A stretch of DNA of 64,000 nucleotides, from NCBI RefSeq assembly GCF_963921235.1, contig NC_086097.1:111106001-111170000 (forward strand). The letters are read 5' to 3'. The stretch comes from Mobula hypostoma. Taxonomy: Eukaryota. The translations under genes were made by a program, and so were the position numbers. The notes beneath the pieces are model-generated. The model was given only the letters and a program-made list of their open reading frames with translations, was not told the DNA's origin and did not search any database. Below, in pieces: positions 13,675 to 24,818 of this stretch (position 1 is its first letter; each line of letters opens with the position of its first letter).

Positions 13675-14768
13675 CTAGACAACAGGGTGACCCGTTCGGG
13701 CACCCTTTGAGAGAAGGGTAGTGCAGTCTGATGTGACAAGAATGAACATTAAATTTTCCTGAATGCTATTGGTATCACTTTGCTTTGGAAACTGAAGTAG
13801 AAGACCTCAATTTATTAGAGAAGAACAACACATAGCAAAGCAAGTATAGCTGCTCCTCATTTAACGAAGGACACTTTTGATGGCATCATTTCTGGTTAAT
13901 CTGACACCCTTGTGCCTCTCGTTGTCATTCTGGAGCCGTGCAGTTCTTTCATCCGCCGTCTCTTCGTCTCTTCTGTTGTTTGTTGTTTGTCTCTGATCCT
14001 GGAGACATACATGCCTCTCGTCCTCTGTCTCTTCTTCTCTCATCTTTTTTTGTCCTGACTCTTTGATCCTGGAGTCGTGCAGCCCTGGCCTCATCTGATT
14101 CTTGTTCTCTCCCTCTCCTTGCCGCTTCCCGACGACGTTTGGCATCATCTCTTGACCATAATGTCCCCCTTCCCTTTCCATGCGGCATAATTAGGCTGAC
14201 AATTTTTTTTTACCCTAATGCTGGACAGAAGATATGAAGCAGTAACACCAAAGGATGCTGATTATTCTTGATGTGGTTGGTGCTCTCCTAAATGGATGTG
14301 ATATTTTCACCATTGTCCTTTGACTGCAGCAAAGGGTTTTATGGGTGTCTCGGAGTATGTCATTACAATAAGATTTAATTATCTCTTATTGATGGGTGGC
14401 AGTTAGATCTGTCCCAATCCTGCACATGCTGATGGTGATTAGCAGAACGTGACCCCTCAAAATAGAGCTGCCCTGCCCTTTTGCTCCAGTAGGCGTCGCT
14501 GCTGAGGCTGGCCGTGTGCATGCGTCAGGCTGTCGCATCCCGATTTCCAGGATGGCGGATCAGCTCTCGGGTTAAAAGGGAGCCTGTTGATTTTTGGTGA
14601 ATGAGCAATGTTATACGAATATATAACCCTGAACTTTGCCTGCATTCTGTAAGTTAGCGCATTTTAATTTGATTTAGCCAAAAAAAAGTGCTGCTGTAAT
14701 GCACCGTTTGCGCTAATTGGAGGTCACAAACAGACATACAGAGCATGAGAGTTTTAGTAATATATAGA
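13675..14768 (-). mobile_element. Non-autonomous (internally deleted) Helitron
   Basis: 5' TCTATATATTACTAAAA and 3' CTAG, inserted between A and T with no TSD. GC-rich hairpin (13684-13706) 5 nt before CTAG. ORF remnant from 14188 has ESDEARAARLQDQR-type repeats like RepHel N-termini. Confidence 0.85.
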
Positions 14769-15483
14769 TTTTACATATTTTTCTGCAGTTTCACAAGTTC
14801 TCATTGAAAACCCTGAATAAAGCTTCCAGGTCAGTTGATTTTTGAGGTGGTGCTTAACGCCTACCTAGCTTTGTATATGCGAACTGCGAGGGCATTAGAT
14901 TTTGACTGGTGGCTTGTGACTAATGGCGTGTTGCATGGATCTGTGTTTATCAAAGATCTAGATGACAATGTGGTAACCTGGATCAACAAATTTGCAGAGG
15001 ACACCAAAATTGGGGGCATAGTGGGTGGAGAGGAACGTTATCAAAGCTTGCATCGGGATCTCAACCAACTGGAAAAATGGCCTGAAAAATGACAGATGGA
15101 TTTAAATACAGACAAGTTTCCCCCTCTTGACGTCAATAATCAGCTCCTTGGTCTTGCTTAAACTGTGTGAGAGTTGTTATTGTGGCACCACTCAACCAGA
15201 TTTTTAATCTCTCTCCTATATGCTGTCATCACCTTGATTCAGCCAATTCCAGTGGTATCGTCTGCAAAATTAAATACAGCACTGGAGCTGTGCTTAGTGA
15301 GGGCAAGGTGCTCCTTGTGGATATCGTGCAGGAGATGCTGTTGCCAATCCAAACTGACTGGGGTCTATAAGTGAGAAAATAGAGGATCCAACTGCACAAG
15401 CTGGTACTGAGGCCAAGGTCTTGAAACTTACTGAGTAGCTTTGAGGGGATGATAGTGTTGGATTCCAAACTGTAGTCGATAAA

Positions 15484-16403
15484 GATGTGGAGGCATTAGT
15501 AATGACCTTTCAAGAATCACTACAATCTGGAATGATTTAAGATCGAAGAAGGGAGGCAAAAGGCAGAAAATTTTAGGCCAGTTAGCCTGACTTCAGCGTT
15601 TGGGAAGATGCTAGAGCTCACTGTTAAGGATGAGGTTTCCAGGTACTTGGCGGCACATAATAGGCCAAAGTCAGCATGGTTTCCTTGGGGGAAATATTGC
15701 CTGACTAATCTGTTGAAATAATTTTGTGGCAGTAAAAAGCAGGATAGACAAAGGAGAGTCAGTGGGTGTTGCTCACTTGGATTTTCAGGCGGCCTTTGAC
15801 AAGGTGCTGCACACAAGGCTGCTAAATAAGAGCCCATAGTATTACAGGAAAGATACTAGCATAGACAGAAGATAGCTGACTGGCAAGAAGCAAAGAATGA
15901 GAATGGGGGGCGCATTCCTTTTCTGATGGGCTGCTCGTGACGACTGGTGCTCTGCAGGGATCGGTGTTGGGACAGCTACTTTTCACATTATATGTCAATG
16001 ATTTGGATGATGGACTTGATAGCTTTGTGGCCGAGTTTGCGACGACAGAAAGATAGGTGGAGGGGTGAATAGTGTTGAGGAAGGAGGGAATCTGCAGAAT
16101 GACTCAGACATATTAGGAGAATGGGAAAAGTAGCAGCAGATGGAATACAATTTAAAGAATTATATGGTCATACACTTTGATAGGAGGAATAAAGGTGTAG
16201 AATATTTTCTAAAGGGGGACAAAATTCAGAAATCAGAGGTACAATGAGCTTGGAAGTCCTCATGCAGAATTCCTTAAAGGCTCACATACAGGTTGAGTCG
16301 GTGGTAAAGAAGGCAAATACAATGTTAGCATTCATTTTGAGGGGACTAGAACATAAAAGCAAGGATATAATGCTGAAGCTTTACAAGGCATTTGTCAGAC
16401 CAC
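15484..16403 (+). mobile_element. Old CR1 RT fragment; continues at 30497-31020 after the nested insertions
   Basis: Ends …KLYKAFVRPH and resumes with (L)EYYEQFWAPYLRKD…FFSQRVMNLWNSLP at ~30497. Confidence 0.8.
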
Positions 16404-16621
16404 ATTTGTTTTGCAGCAGCAATTAAATTAGTAGTGCAAAAAGCCAACAACAAAAAATGAGGTAGTGTTCATGGGTTCATTTATTATCCATTCAGAAATC
16501 TGCTGACAGAGGGGAAAAGTTATCCCTAAAATGCTGAGTACCTCCGCCCTAATGGTAGCAATAAGAAGAGGTCACCTCCTGTATGAATGGGGTCTTTACT
16601 GATGGATGTCGTCTTTGTGAG
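16404..16621 (-). mobile_element. Rex1/Babar-type LINE 3' fragment; continues at 30452-30496
   Basis: Colinear with the Rex1/Babar-like copy at 46830-47140 across the LTR-element insertion point. Confidence 0.65.
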
Positions 16622-17384
16622 TGTTACATACCTCAAGGGTATCTTGTGACTGTCTTATGACCATGATGTAATTGAGTATCTGATGAGCATGATGTACTGG
16701 TCTTGTGGAGGTCACATGATGTAATTTTCCCGCCGATGTGAGGTCACGTGATGACATGTTCTCACCAAGTATATAAGGGGAGACCCCCTGGTGTGACGCA
16801 GTTAACTTTTCCAGTTGAGTTTTAAGTTTAGTTCGTTATTTCATTCGTCAGATACTCCATTATGCTGCGTATTCATCTTATGATGCAGTTTCATTTTAAA
16901 GTGGAATTCTACTTTCTATTGTAAGTAATATTGGAGAGTGAAGACCTTACTAAAGTACAGGAACTCGCAGAGTCGGGTAAAGCTGATATCGTTCAGCGGT
17001 TTCGGAGAGAATCTACCTTTACTGAATCTTCGTTCAAGAAATAGTAACCTGCATGAGATATCCTCTGCTAAAGCAGGAAGGATTGCACAGTGTCTATTCT
17101 CCAGAGGAAAAGGTCAGTTCCTTTAAACCGTATTATTTCTGTCGTCGTGAATCCTGCAGACAAGGCAGGTTCTGGCTGGGATCAGCAGTAACGTCATGAC
17201 TTCGAGGAATTCTTTACTTTAGGAAAGTCTCTCCTAACTGACTGTATAAATCCCTTGGACTTTCGAATTTACCATTCTAAGAACTGTAACAACAGGAATT
17301 CTGCAGATGCTGAAAATTCAAGCAACACACATCAAAGTTGCTGGTGAACGCAGCAGGCCAGGCAGCATCTCTAGGAAGAGGTAC

Positions 17385-17420
17385 AGTCGACGTTTCAGGC
17401 CGAAACCCTTCGTCAGGACG
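17385..17420 (-). ncRNA. Minimal hammerhead motif, intact core, sense to GOLGA4 pre-mRNA
   Basis: Minus strand reads CGTC CTGACGA AGGGTTTCGGCCT GAAA CGTC GACT. Confidence 0.75.
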
Positions 17421-18746
17421 AACTGAAAGAAGAGCTAGTAAGAGATTTGAAAGTGGGAGGGGGAGGGGAGATCCAAAATGATAGGAGAAGACAGGAGGGG
17501 GAGGGATGGAGCCAAGAGCTGGACAGGTGATTGGCAAAGGGAATCTGAGAAGATCATGGGACAGGAGGCCCAGGGAGAAAGACAAGGGGGGGGGGAACCC
17601 AGAGGATGGGCAAGGGGTATAGTCAGAGGGACAGAGGGAGAAAAAGGAGAGTGAGAGAAAGAATGTGTGTATAAAAATAAATAACAGATGGGGTACAAGG
17701 GGGAGGTGGGGCATTAGCGGAAGTTAGACAAGTCAATGTTCATGCCATCAGGTTGGTGGCTACCCAGATGGAATATAAGTGTTTTTCCTCCAACCTGAGT
17801 GTGGCTTCATCTTTACAGTAGAGGAGGCCGTGGATAGACATGTCAGAATGGGAATGGGATGTGGAATTAAAATGTGTGGCCACTGGGAGATCCTGCTTTC
17901 TCTGGCAGACAGAGCGTAGGTGTTCAGCAAAGCAGTCTCCCAGTCTGCGTCGGGTCTTCCACCCCCACCGATGACCCCTTCTCCTGTCTTCAACCTTCCT
18001 CTTCTTCATGGACACCCCGCTCTGGTCTTCTGCCTGCTCTGGATCTCTTTATCGCTAACTGCCGACGGGACATCAACCGTCACGACTTCACCACATCTTG
18101 TTCCCATTCCAACCTCACTCCTTTCGAACGATCTGCTCTCCACTCCCTCCGCACTAATCCTAACCTTACTATTAAACCGGCCGATAAGGGGGGTGCTGTT
18201 GTAGTCTGGCGTACTGACCTCTACCTTGCTGAGGCACAGCGACAACTCGTGGATACCTCCCCTTATTTACCCCTCGATCGTGACCCCACTAAGGAGCACC
18301 AGGCCATTGTCTCCCACACCATCACCGACTATATCCGCTCAGGAGATCTCCCATCCATTGCTACCTTATAGTTCCCACACCTCGCACTTCCCATTTCTAC
18401 CTCCTGCCCAAGATCCACAAACCTGCCTGTCCTGGCAGACCTATTGTCTCAGCTTGCTCCTGCCCCATCGAACTCGTTTCTGCATACCTCGACACGGTTT
18501 TATTCCCCCCTTGTTCAATCCCTCCCTACCTATGTTCATGACACTTCTCACACTCTTAAACTTTTCGATGATTTTAAGTTCCCTGGCCCCCAACGCTTTA
18601 TTTTCACCATGGATGTCCAGTCCCTATATACTTCCATCCCTCACCAGGAAGGACTCAAAGCTCTCCGCTTCTTTTTGGATTCCAGACCTAATCAGTTCCC
18701 CTCTACCACCACTCTGCTCTGTCTAGCGGAGTTAGTCCTTATTCTT

Positions 18747-21700
18747 TCCGGCGCAGACGTAGGCCCGTGACGTAGCGCGCCAAGGTTTAAAAACGGATCG
18801 CCATATACAGCGGCCATCATCAGAGTGGGCTGAGTCAGAGTGGGACGGCTTTGGCTCAAACAGGCTTCGGCAAGAACAGGCAAAGGCCAGGGTAGGTTCC
18901 GGTAAGTTTTTTTGTTCAAACTGTTTAGAGTAGAGAGAATGCCAGGCAGGATGTTGGAATGCTCCTCCTGCAGGATGTGGTAAGTCAGGGTGCCCTCCGG
19001 TGTCCCTGACAACAACACCTGCAAGAAGTGCATCCAGCTGCAGCTCCTAACAAATAGCGTTAGGGAACTGGAGCAGAAGCTGGATGACCTGCGGATTATT
19101 CGGGAGAATGAGGAGATTATAGATAGTAGCTACAGGGAGGTAGTTACGCCAAAGGAGCAGAGGACAGGAAATTGGGTCACTGTCAGGTGAGGGAAGAGGA
19201 AAGGGCAGGCAGAGCAGGGTTCCCCTGTGGCCATTCCCCTCAACAAGTATACCGCATTGGATACTGTTGTGGGGAATGACTTACCTGGGACAAGCTGCAG
19301 TAGCTGGATCTTTGGCACCGAGTCTGGCTCTGCAGTGCAGAAGGGAGGGGGGGAAAAGAGGAGAGCGGTAGTGATAGGGGACTCGATAGTTAGAGGAGCA
19401 GATAGGAGGTTCTGTGGTCGTGACAGAGAATCCAGGATGGTTTGTTGCCTCCCGGGTGCCAGGGTCAAGGATGTCTCTGATCGATTGCATGACATTCTGA
19501 AGTGGCAGGGTGATCAGCCAGATGTCGTGGTGCATATCGGTACCAATGACATAGCAAGGAAGAGTGAGGAGGTCCTGGAGAGTGAGTATAGAAAGCTTTG
19601 TAGGAAGTTGAAAAGCAGGACCTCGAGGGTGGTAATCTCAGGATTGCTACTTGTGCTACATGCCAGTGAGGGGAGGAATAGGATGCTCTGGAGGATGAAC
19701 AAGTGGCTGAGGAACTGGTGTAGGGGGCAGGGTTTCAGATTTCAGGATAATTGGGACCTCTTCTGGGGCAGGTGGGACCTGTGCAAGAGAGACGGGTTAC
19801 ACTTGAACTACAGGGGGACCAATATCCTTTCAGGGAGGTTTGTTAGTGCTATGGGGGAGGCCTTAAACTAGATTTGCAGGGGGATGGGAACCAGAGTGCC
19901 AGAGCTGACAGTGTGGCTGGGGTGAAAATAAATAATGTTAAAAGTTCAAGCAAATCCGCTAACAGAAAGGTTGTGAGTGGTGGTAAAAATCTTCTGAGGT
20001 GTATATACTTCAATGCTAGGAATATTGAGGGGAAGGTGGATGAGTTGAGGGCGTGGATTGACACGTGGAATTATGACGTTATAGCAATTAGTGAAACTTG
20101 GCTACAGGAGGGGCAGAACTGGCAGCTTAATATTCCAGGGTTCCGATGTTTCAGATGTGATCGAGGCAGAGGAATGAAAGGTGGGGGAGTAGCATTGCTT
20201 GTTAGGGAAAATATGACAGCAGTGCTCAGGCAGGACAGATTAGAGGGCTTGTCTACTGAGTCCTTATGGGTGGAGCTGAGAAACAGGAAAGGTATGGCCA
20301 CATTAGTGGGATTGTATTACAGACCATCCAATAGTCAACAAGAATTGGAAGGGCAAATCTGCAGAGAGATAGCAGGCAACTGCAGGAAACATAAAGTTGT
20401 GGTGATAGGGGACTTTAATTTTCCATATATTGATTGGGACTCCCATACTGTTAGGGGTCTAGATGGTTTAGAGTTTGTAAAATGTGTTCAGGAAAGTTTT
20501 CTAAATCAATATATAGAGGAACCAACTAGAAGGGATGCAATATTGGATCTCCTGTTAGAAAATGAGTAAGGACAAGTGACAGAAGTCTGTGTAGGGGAGC
20601 ACTTTAGTTCCAGTGATCATAACACCATTAGTTTCAACTTGATCATGGACAAGGATAGATCTGGTCCAAGGGTTGAGGTTCTTAACTGGAAGAAGGCCAA
20701 ATTTGAAGAAATGAGAAAGGATCTAAAAAGCATGGATTGGAATAGGTTGTTCTCTGGCAAGGATGTGATCGGTAGGTGGGAAGCCTTCAAAGGAGAAATT
20801 TTGAGAGTGCAGAATTTGTATGTTCCTGTCAGGATTAAAGGCAAAGTGAATAGGAATAAGGAACCTTGGTTCTCAAGGGATATTGCAACTCTGATGATGA
20901 AGAAGAGGGAGTTGTATGACATGTACAGGAAGCAGGGAGTAAATAAGGTGCTTGAGGAGTATAAGAAGTGTAAGAAAATACTTAAGAAAGAAATTAGGAG
21001 GGCTAAAAGACTACATGAGGTTGCCTTGGCAGTCAAAGTGAAGGATAATCCAAAGAGCTTTTACAGGTATATTAAGAGCAAAAGGATTGTAAGGGATAAA
21101 ATTGGTCCTCTTGAAGATCAGAGTGGTCGGCTATGTGCGGAACCAAAGGAAATGGGGGAGATCTTAAATAGGTTTTTTGCGTCTGTATTTCCTAAGGAAA
21201 CTGGCATGAAGTCGATGGAATAAAGGGAAACAAGTAGTGAGATCATGGAAACTGAAAAGATCGAAAAGGAGGAGGTCCTTGCTGTCTTGAGGAAAATTAA
21301 AGTGGATAAATCCCCGGGACCTGACAGGGTGTTCCCTCGGACCTTGTAGGAGACTAGTGTTGAAATTGCAGGGGCCCTGGCAGAAATATTTAAAATGTCG
21401 CTGTCTACAGGTGAGGTGCCAGAGGATTGGAGAGTGGCTCATGTTGTTCCGTTGTTTAAAAAAGGATCGAAAAGTAATCCGGGAAATTATAGGCCAGTAA
21501 GTTTAACGTCGGTAGTAGGCAAGTTATTGGAGGGAGTACTAAGAGACAGAATCTACAAGCATTTGGATAGACAGGGACTTATTAGGGAGAGTCAACATGG
21601 CTTTGTGCGTGGTAGGTCATGTTTGACCAATCTATAGGAGTTTTTCGAGGAGGTTACCAGGAAAGTGGATGAAGGGAAGGCAGTGGATATTGTCTACACG

Positions 21701-22865
21701 GACTTCAGTAAGGCCTTTGACAAGGTCCCGCATGGGAGGTTAGTTAGGAAAATTCAGTCACTAGGTATACATGGAGAGGTGGTAAATTGGATTAGACATC
21801 GGCTCAATGGAAGAAGCCAAAGTGTGGTAGTAGAGAATTGCTTCTCCGAGTGGAGGCCTGTGACTAGTGGTGTGCCACAGGGATCAGTGCTGGGTCCATT
21901 GTTATATGTCATCTATATCAATGATCTGGATGATAATGTGGTAAATTGGATCAGCAAATTTGCTGATGATACAAAGATTGGAGGTGTAGTAGACAGTGAG
22001 GAAGGTTTTCAGAGCCTGCAGAGGGACTTGGACCAGCTGGAAAAATGGGCTGAAAAATGGCAGATGGAGTTTAATACAGACAAGTGTGAGGTATTGCACG
22101 TTGGAAGGACAAACCAAGGTAGAACATACAGGGTTAATGGTAAGGCACTGAGGAGTGCAGTGGAACAGAGGGAGCTGGGAATACAGATACAAAATTCCCT
22201 AAAAGTAGATAGGGTCGTGAAGAGAGCTTTTGGTACATTGGCCTTTATTAATCAAAGTATTGAGTATAAGAGCTGGAATGTTATGATGAGGTTGAATAAG
22301 GCATTTGGTGAGGCCGAATCTGGAGTATTGTGTTCAGTTATGGTCACCAAATTACAGGAAGGATATAAATAAGGTTGAAAGAGTGCTGAGAAGGTTTACA
22401 AGGATGTTGCCAAGACTTGAGAATCTCAGTTACAGAGAAAGGTTGAATAGGTTAGGACTTATATTCCCTGGAGCATAGAAGAATGAGGGGAGATTTGATA
22501 GAGGTATATAAAATTATGATGGGTATAGATAGAGTGAATGCAAGCAGGCTTTTTCCACTGAGGCAAGGGGAGAAAAAAACTAGAGGACATGGGTTAAGGG
22601 TGAGGCGGGAAAAGTTTAAAGGGAACATTAGCGGGGGCTTCTTCACACAGAGAGTGGTGGGAGTATGGAATGAGCTGCCAGATGAGGTGGTAAATGCGGG
22701 TTCTTTTTTAACATTTAAGAATAAATTGGACAGATACATGGATGGGAGGCGTATGGAGGGATATGGTCCGTGTGCAGGTCAGTGGGACTAGGCAGAAAAT
22801 GGTTTGGCACAAGCAAGAAGGGCCAAAAGGCCTGTTTCTGTGCTGTAGTTTCTATGGTTCTATGG
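18747..22865 (+). mobile_element. Full-length CR1 LINE (ORF1 zinc finger + SGNH esterase ~18939-19871; ORF2 APE-RT ~19874-22791), few disablements
   Basis: CxxC…CxxC, VIGDSIVR, HIGTND and DGLH in ORF1; APE motifs NARN, ISETW, GDFN, SDH; RT motifs GVPQGSVLGP and FADD. TTCTATGG tail, with TTCTT at both junctions inside Penelope codons ELVLIL|NNFSFG. Confidence 0.95.
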
Positions 22866-24378
22866 TTCTTAATAATTTCTCCTTTGGCTCCTCCCACTTC
22901 CTCCAAACTAAAGGTGTAGCTATGGGCACCCGTATGGCTCCTAGCTATGCCTGCCTTTTTGTTGGCTTTGTGGAACAATCTATGTTCCGTACCTATTCTG
23001 GTATCTGTTCCCCACTTTTCCTTCGCTACTGCATTGGTGCTGCTTCCTGCACGCATGCTGAGCTCGTTGACTTTCTTAACTTTGCCTCCAATTTCCACCC
23101 TGCCCTCAAGTTTACCTGGTCCATTTCCAACACCTCCCTCCCCTTTCTAGATCTTTCTGTCTCTATCTCTGGAGACAGCTTATCCACTGATGTCTACTAT
23201 AAGCCTACTGACTCTCACAGCTATCTGGACTATTCCTCTTCTCACCCTGTCTCTTGCAAAAATGCCATCCTCTTCTCGCAATTATTCCGTCTCTGCCGCA
23301 TATGCTCTCAGGATGAGGCTTTTCATTCCAGGACGAGGGAGATGTCCTCCTTTTTTAAAGAAAGGGGCTTCCCTTCCTCCACCATCAACTCTGCTCTCAA
23401 ACGCATTTCCCCCCCCCTTCACGCACATCTGCTCTCACTCCATCCTCCTGCCACCCCACTAGGAATAGGGTTCCCCTGGTCCTCACCTACCACCCCACCA
23501 GCCTCCGGGTCCAACGTATTATTCTCCATAACTTCCGCCACCTCCAATGGGATCCCACCACTAAGCACATCTTTCCCTCCCCCCGCCTCTGCTTTCCGCA
23601 GGGATCACTCCCTATGTGACTACCTTGTCCATTCATCCCCCCCATCCCTCCCCACTGATCTCCCTCCTGGCACTTATCCTTGTAAGCGGAACAAGTGCTA
23701 CACATGCCCTTACACTTCCTCCCTTACCACCATTCAGGGCCTCAGACAGTCCTTCCAGGTGAGGCGACACTTCACCTGTGAGTCGGCTGGGGTGATATAC
23801 TGCGTCCAGTGCTCCCGATGTGGCCTTCTATATATTGGCGAGACCCGACACAGACTAGGAGACCGCTTTGCTGAACACCTACGCTCTGTCTGTCAGAGAA
23901 AGCAGGATCTCCCAGTGGCCATACATTTTAATTCCACATCTCATTCCCATTCTGACATGTCTATCCACGACCTCCTCTACTGTAAAGATGAAGCCACACT
24001 CAGGTTGGAGGAACAACACCTTATATTCCGTCTGGGTAGCCTCCAACCTGATGGTATGAATATTGACTTCCCCAACTTCCACTAATGCCCCACCTCCCCC
24101 TCGTACCCCATCCTTTATCTTTATACACACATTCTTTCTCTCACTCTCCTTTTTCTCCCTCTGTCCCTCTCACTATACCCCTTGCTCATCCTCTGGGTTC
24201 CCCCCCCCCGCCTTGTCTTTCTCCCTGGGTCTCCTGTCCCATGATCCTCTCATATCCCCTTTGCCAATCACCCGTCCAGCTCTTGGCTCCATCCCGCCCC
24301 CTCCTGTCTTCTCCTATCATTTTGGATCTCCCCCTCCCCCTCCCACTTTCAAACATCTTACTAACTCTTCCTTCAGTT

Positions 24379-24414
24379 AGTCCTGACGAAGGGTCTTGGC
24401 CTGAAACGTCAACT
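24379..24414 (+). ncRNA. Minimal hammerhead motif, core intact, stem I mismatch
   Basis: AGTC CTGACGA AGGGTCTTGGCCT GAAA CGTC AACT. Confidence 0.65.
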
Positions 24415-24818
24415 GTACCTCTTCCTAGAGATGCTGCCTGGCCTGCTGCGTTCACCAGCAACTTTGATGTGTGTTGATTCTAAGAACTGTGTTCGAATTT
24501 ACCACTTTAAGAACTGTTTTCACATTTACCCTTTTAAGAACTGTTCCAGAGTTGCCGAATAGCAGTTAACTTCCAGTTAAATTAGTCGTTTGAATATTTT
24601 TCAATATTGTTTGGCAGAGTTTAATAAATGTTTGTTTGTTTTTATAAAACCTGACTCAATTCGATATTCATTGTTGCCGGTCACGTGACATAACTTAGGG
24701 GCTCATAAGGATTGTTCCAATTTTGAGCCTAAGTGCTTGTTTAATTATCAATCTGATTTGGAAAAGGGAAATACGCAATTCTTTTGTTTGATTGGTCTGT
24801 GGGTAGTATTCAGCAGCA

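Larger units (their letters stand above)
17288..24476 (+). mobile_element. Penelope-like element with an inverted 3' arm (17288-~17957 minus; ~17957-24476 plus), inserted in the 5' LTR and split by a CR1
   Basis: RT motifs KPADKGGAVVV, TMDVQSLYTSIP, GVAMGTRMAPSYA and LPFLD, plus a C-terminal GIY-YIG. 14-bp TSD ATTCTAAGAACTGT (17274-17287 / 24477-24490), confirmed against the uninterrupted 3' LTR. Confidence 0.93.

Noticed and set aside
19227..19871. Host SGNH lipase/esterase gene
   Set aside because: It is CR1 ORF1, directly followed by APE-RT ORF2.
22742..24085. 447-aa ORF as a novel protein
   Set aside because: Chance in-frame fusion of the CR1 3' end with the interrupted, frameshifted Penelope ORF.
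24063..24477. Recurrent Pro/Ser/Leu-rich ORFs (also at 21, 17277, 32665, 36655, 46069)
   Set aside because: Translations of the pyrimidine-rich non-coding Penelope tail; frames differ between copies.
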